Positions 26,154 to 26,636 of a DNA stretch of 26,636 bases are shown in pieces (the first letter of the stretch is position 1; the number at the start of each line of letters is the position of its first letter). The stretch is taken from NCBI GenBank assembly GCA_026392575.1, contig JAPLBU010000419.1:6033-32668 (forward strand), given 5' to 3'. This DNA comes from Actinomycetota bacterium. Lineage in GTDB: Bacteria > Actinomycetota > Actinomycetes > S36-B12. The notes below the pieces were generated by a model that was not told where the DNA came from, searched no databases, and saw nothing but the letters and a program-made list of their open reading frames with translations. The position numbers and the translations under genes are program-made.

Positions 26154-26451
26154 CTAAGCGCAAGGCGAATGGGCCGCTGTCACTGAAGGATGGGACGGTG
26201 CTCGATGACGAGGCCGTCGATCGCATCGTTGAGGAGGTTGAGGAAGCGGTGCTCGCTGGTCACGGGACTACGTCTTTCCCCCGTCAGGGACGGCCCTCGT
26301 TGACTGGTCGTGCGGCTGCGTCACCTCATGTGGGCTTCCGCGTGTCGCCGGAACTGCGGGACGACGCCGAGGCGATCGCACGTGAGCGGGCCTGACAGTA
26401 TCGGCGTTGGCTCGAGAGGCACTGGAGCAGTTCGTCAGGAAGGCCGGCTAG
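26150..26451 (+). pseudogene. Ribbon-helix-helix (CopG-like) antitoxin-type gene with a 1-nt frameshift
   Basis: GRPSLTG...SPHVGFRVSPELRDDAEAIARER, then premature TGA at 26393-95. Adding one G to the run at 26388-90 restores GLTVSALAREALEQFVRKAG* (TAG 26449-51), the second RHH helix. Confidence 0.7.
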
Positions 26452-26482
26452 GCATCGCGCAGCGCATCGCGGGTCTGTTTCC

Positions 26483-26506
26483 TAGCCCTTTCCATAGCCC
26501 TTTCCA
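26483..26506. repeat. Perfect 12-bp tandem direct repeat x2
   Basis: TAGCCCTTTCCA TAGCCCTTTCCA. Confidence 0.9.
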
Positions 26507-26507
26507 C

Positions 26508-26540
26508 GTGGTTCTCGGTGGTTCTGGGTGGGTCTCGGTG
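26508..26540. repeat. Imperfect 10-bp tandem repeat x3.3
   Basis: GTGGTTCTCG GTGGTTCTGG GTGGGTCTCG GTG. Confidence 0.85.
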
Positions 26541-26598
26541 ATACGAAAACCGTTGGTGCCTATAGATTTCCCTCATAGGTCGAGAGGGCCTCAGCAAC

Positions 26599-26636
26599 CT
26601 TTTAATCCGTAGGTTCGGGGTTCGAGCCCCCGGCGA
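26599..26636 (+). tRNA. 3' half of tRNA-Lys(UUU); fragment, not an intact gene
   Basis: Anticodon loop CTTTTAA, 3' anticodon strand TCCGT, variable loop AGGTT, T-arm CGGGG-TTCGAGC-CCCCG, and start of the acceptor strand (cut by the window end). The preceding GCAAC cannot pair with TCCGT, and no canonical D-arm or acceptor 5' strand is present. Confidence 0.8.

Larger units (their letters stand above)
26483..26636 (+). mobile_element. Probable att junction (right end) of an element integrated at tRNA-Lys
   Basis: A displaced tRNA 3' half beginning exactly at the anticodon loop, preceded by arm-like direct repeats and a decayed TA pair. No integrase gene in the window. Confidence 0.6.

Noticed and set aside
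26483-26540. CRISPR array
   Set aside because: Units are 10-12 bp, directly adjacent with no spacers, and no cas genes are present.
26568-26636. Intact tRNA-Lys gene
   Set aside because: The 5' anticodon strand and acceptor strand do not pair and there is no canonical D-arm; only the 3' half is tRNA-like.

Overview
High-GC, actinobacterial-type DNA holding three metabolic blocks and a mobile-element boundary. (1) 3-8699 (+): an oxidative, non-phosphorylative sugar or sugar-acid catabolic operon. It encodes a U32-like TIM-barrel protein, an IlvD/Edd dehydratase, a sugar ABC transporter without ATPase, an SMP-30 lactonase, a 2,5-dioxopentanoate (KGSA)-type aldehyde dehydrogenase broken by a deletion/frameshift, and a Zn-dependent dehydrogenase. 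(2) 9060-16522 (-): APC permease, acetamidase/formamidase, GlcG/HbpS heme protein, a B12-dependent diol dehydratase with fused large and medium subunits, its small subunit, and a reactivase alpha with no beta gene. (3) 16787-25752 (+), divergent from block 2: a complete RMM/aminoacetone-utilisation bacterial microcompartment operon (class III PLP enzyme, acylating ALDH with encapsulation peptide, 2 BMC-T, BMC-P, BMC-H, unknown protein, aminopropanol kinase, SDR, GntR) plus a DmpA-family hydrolase. The window ends with a decayed toxin/RHH pair, tandem repeats and the 3' half of a tRNA-Lys(UUU), which together look like the att end of an integrated island. The best candidate for a new system is the block 2+3 divergon. 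Its dehydratase carries Asp and Ala at the positions matching Ser301 and Gln336, and two amide hydrolases bracket the locus, suggesting breakdown of N-acylated amino alcohols or amino diols. All family calls come from motif recognition and recalled reference sequences; no searches were run.
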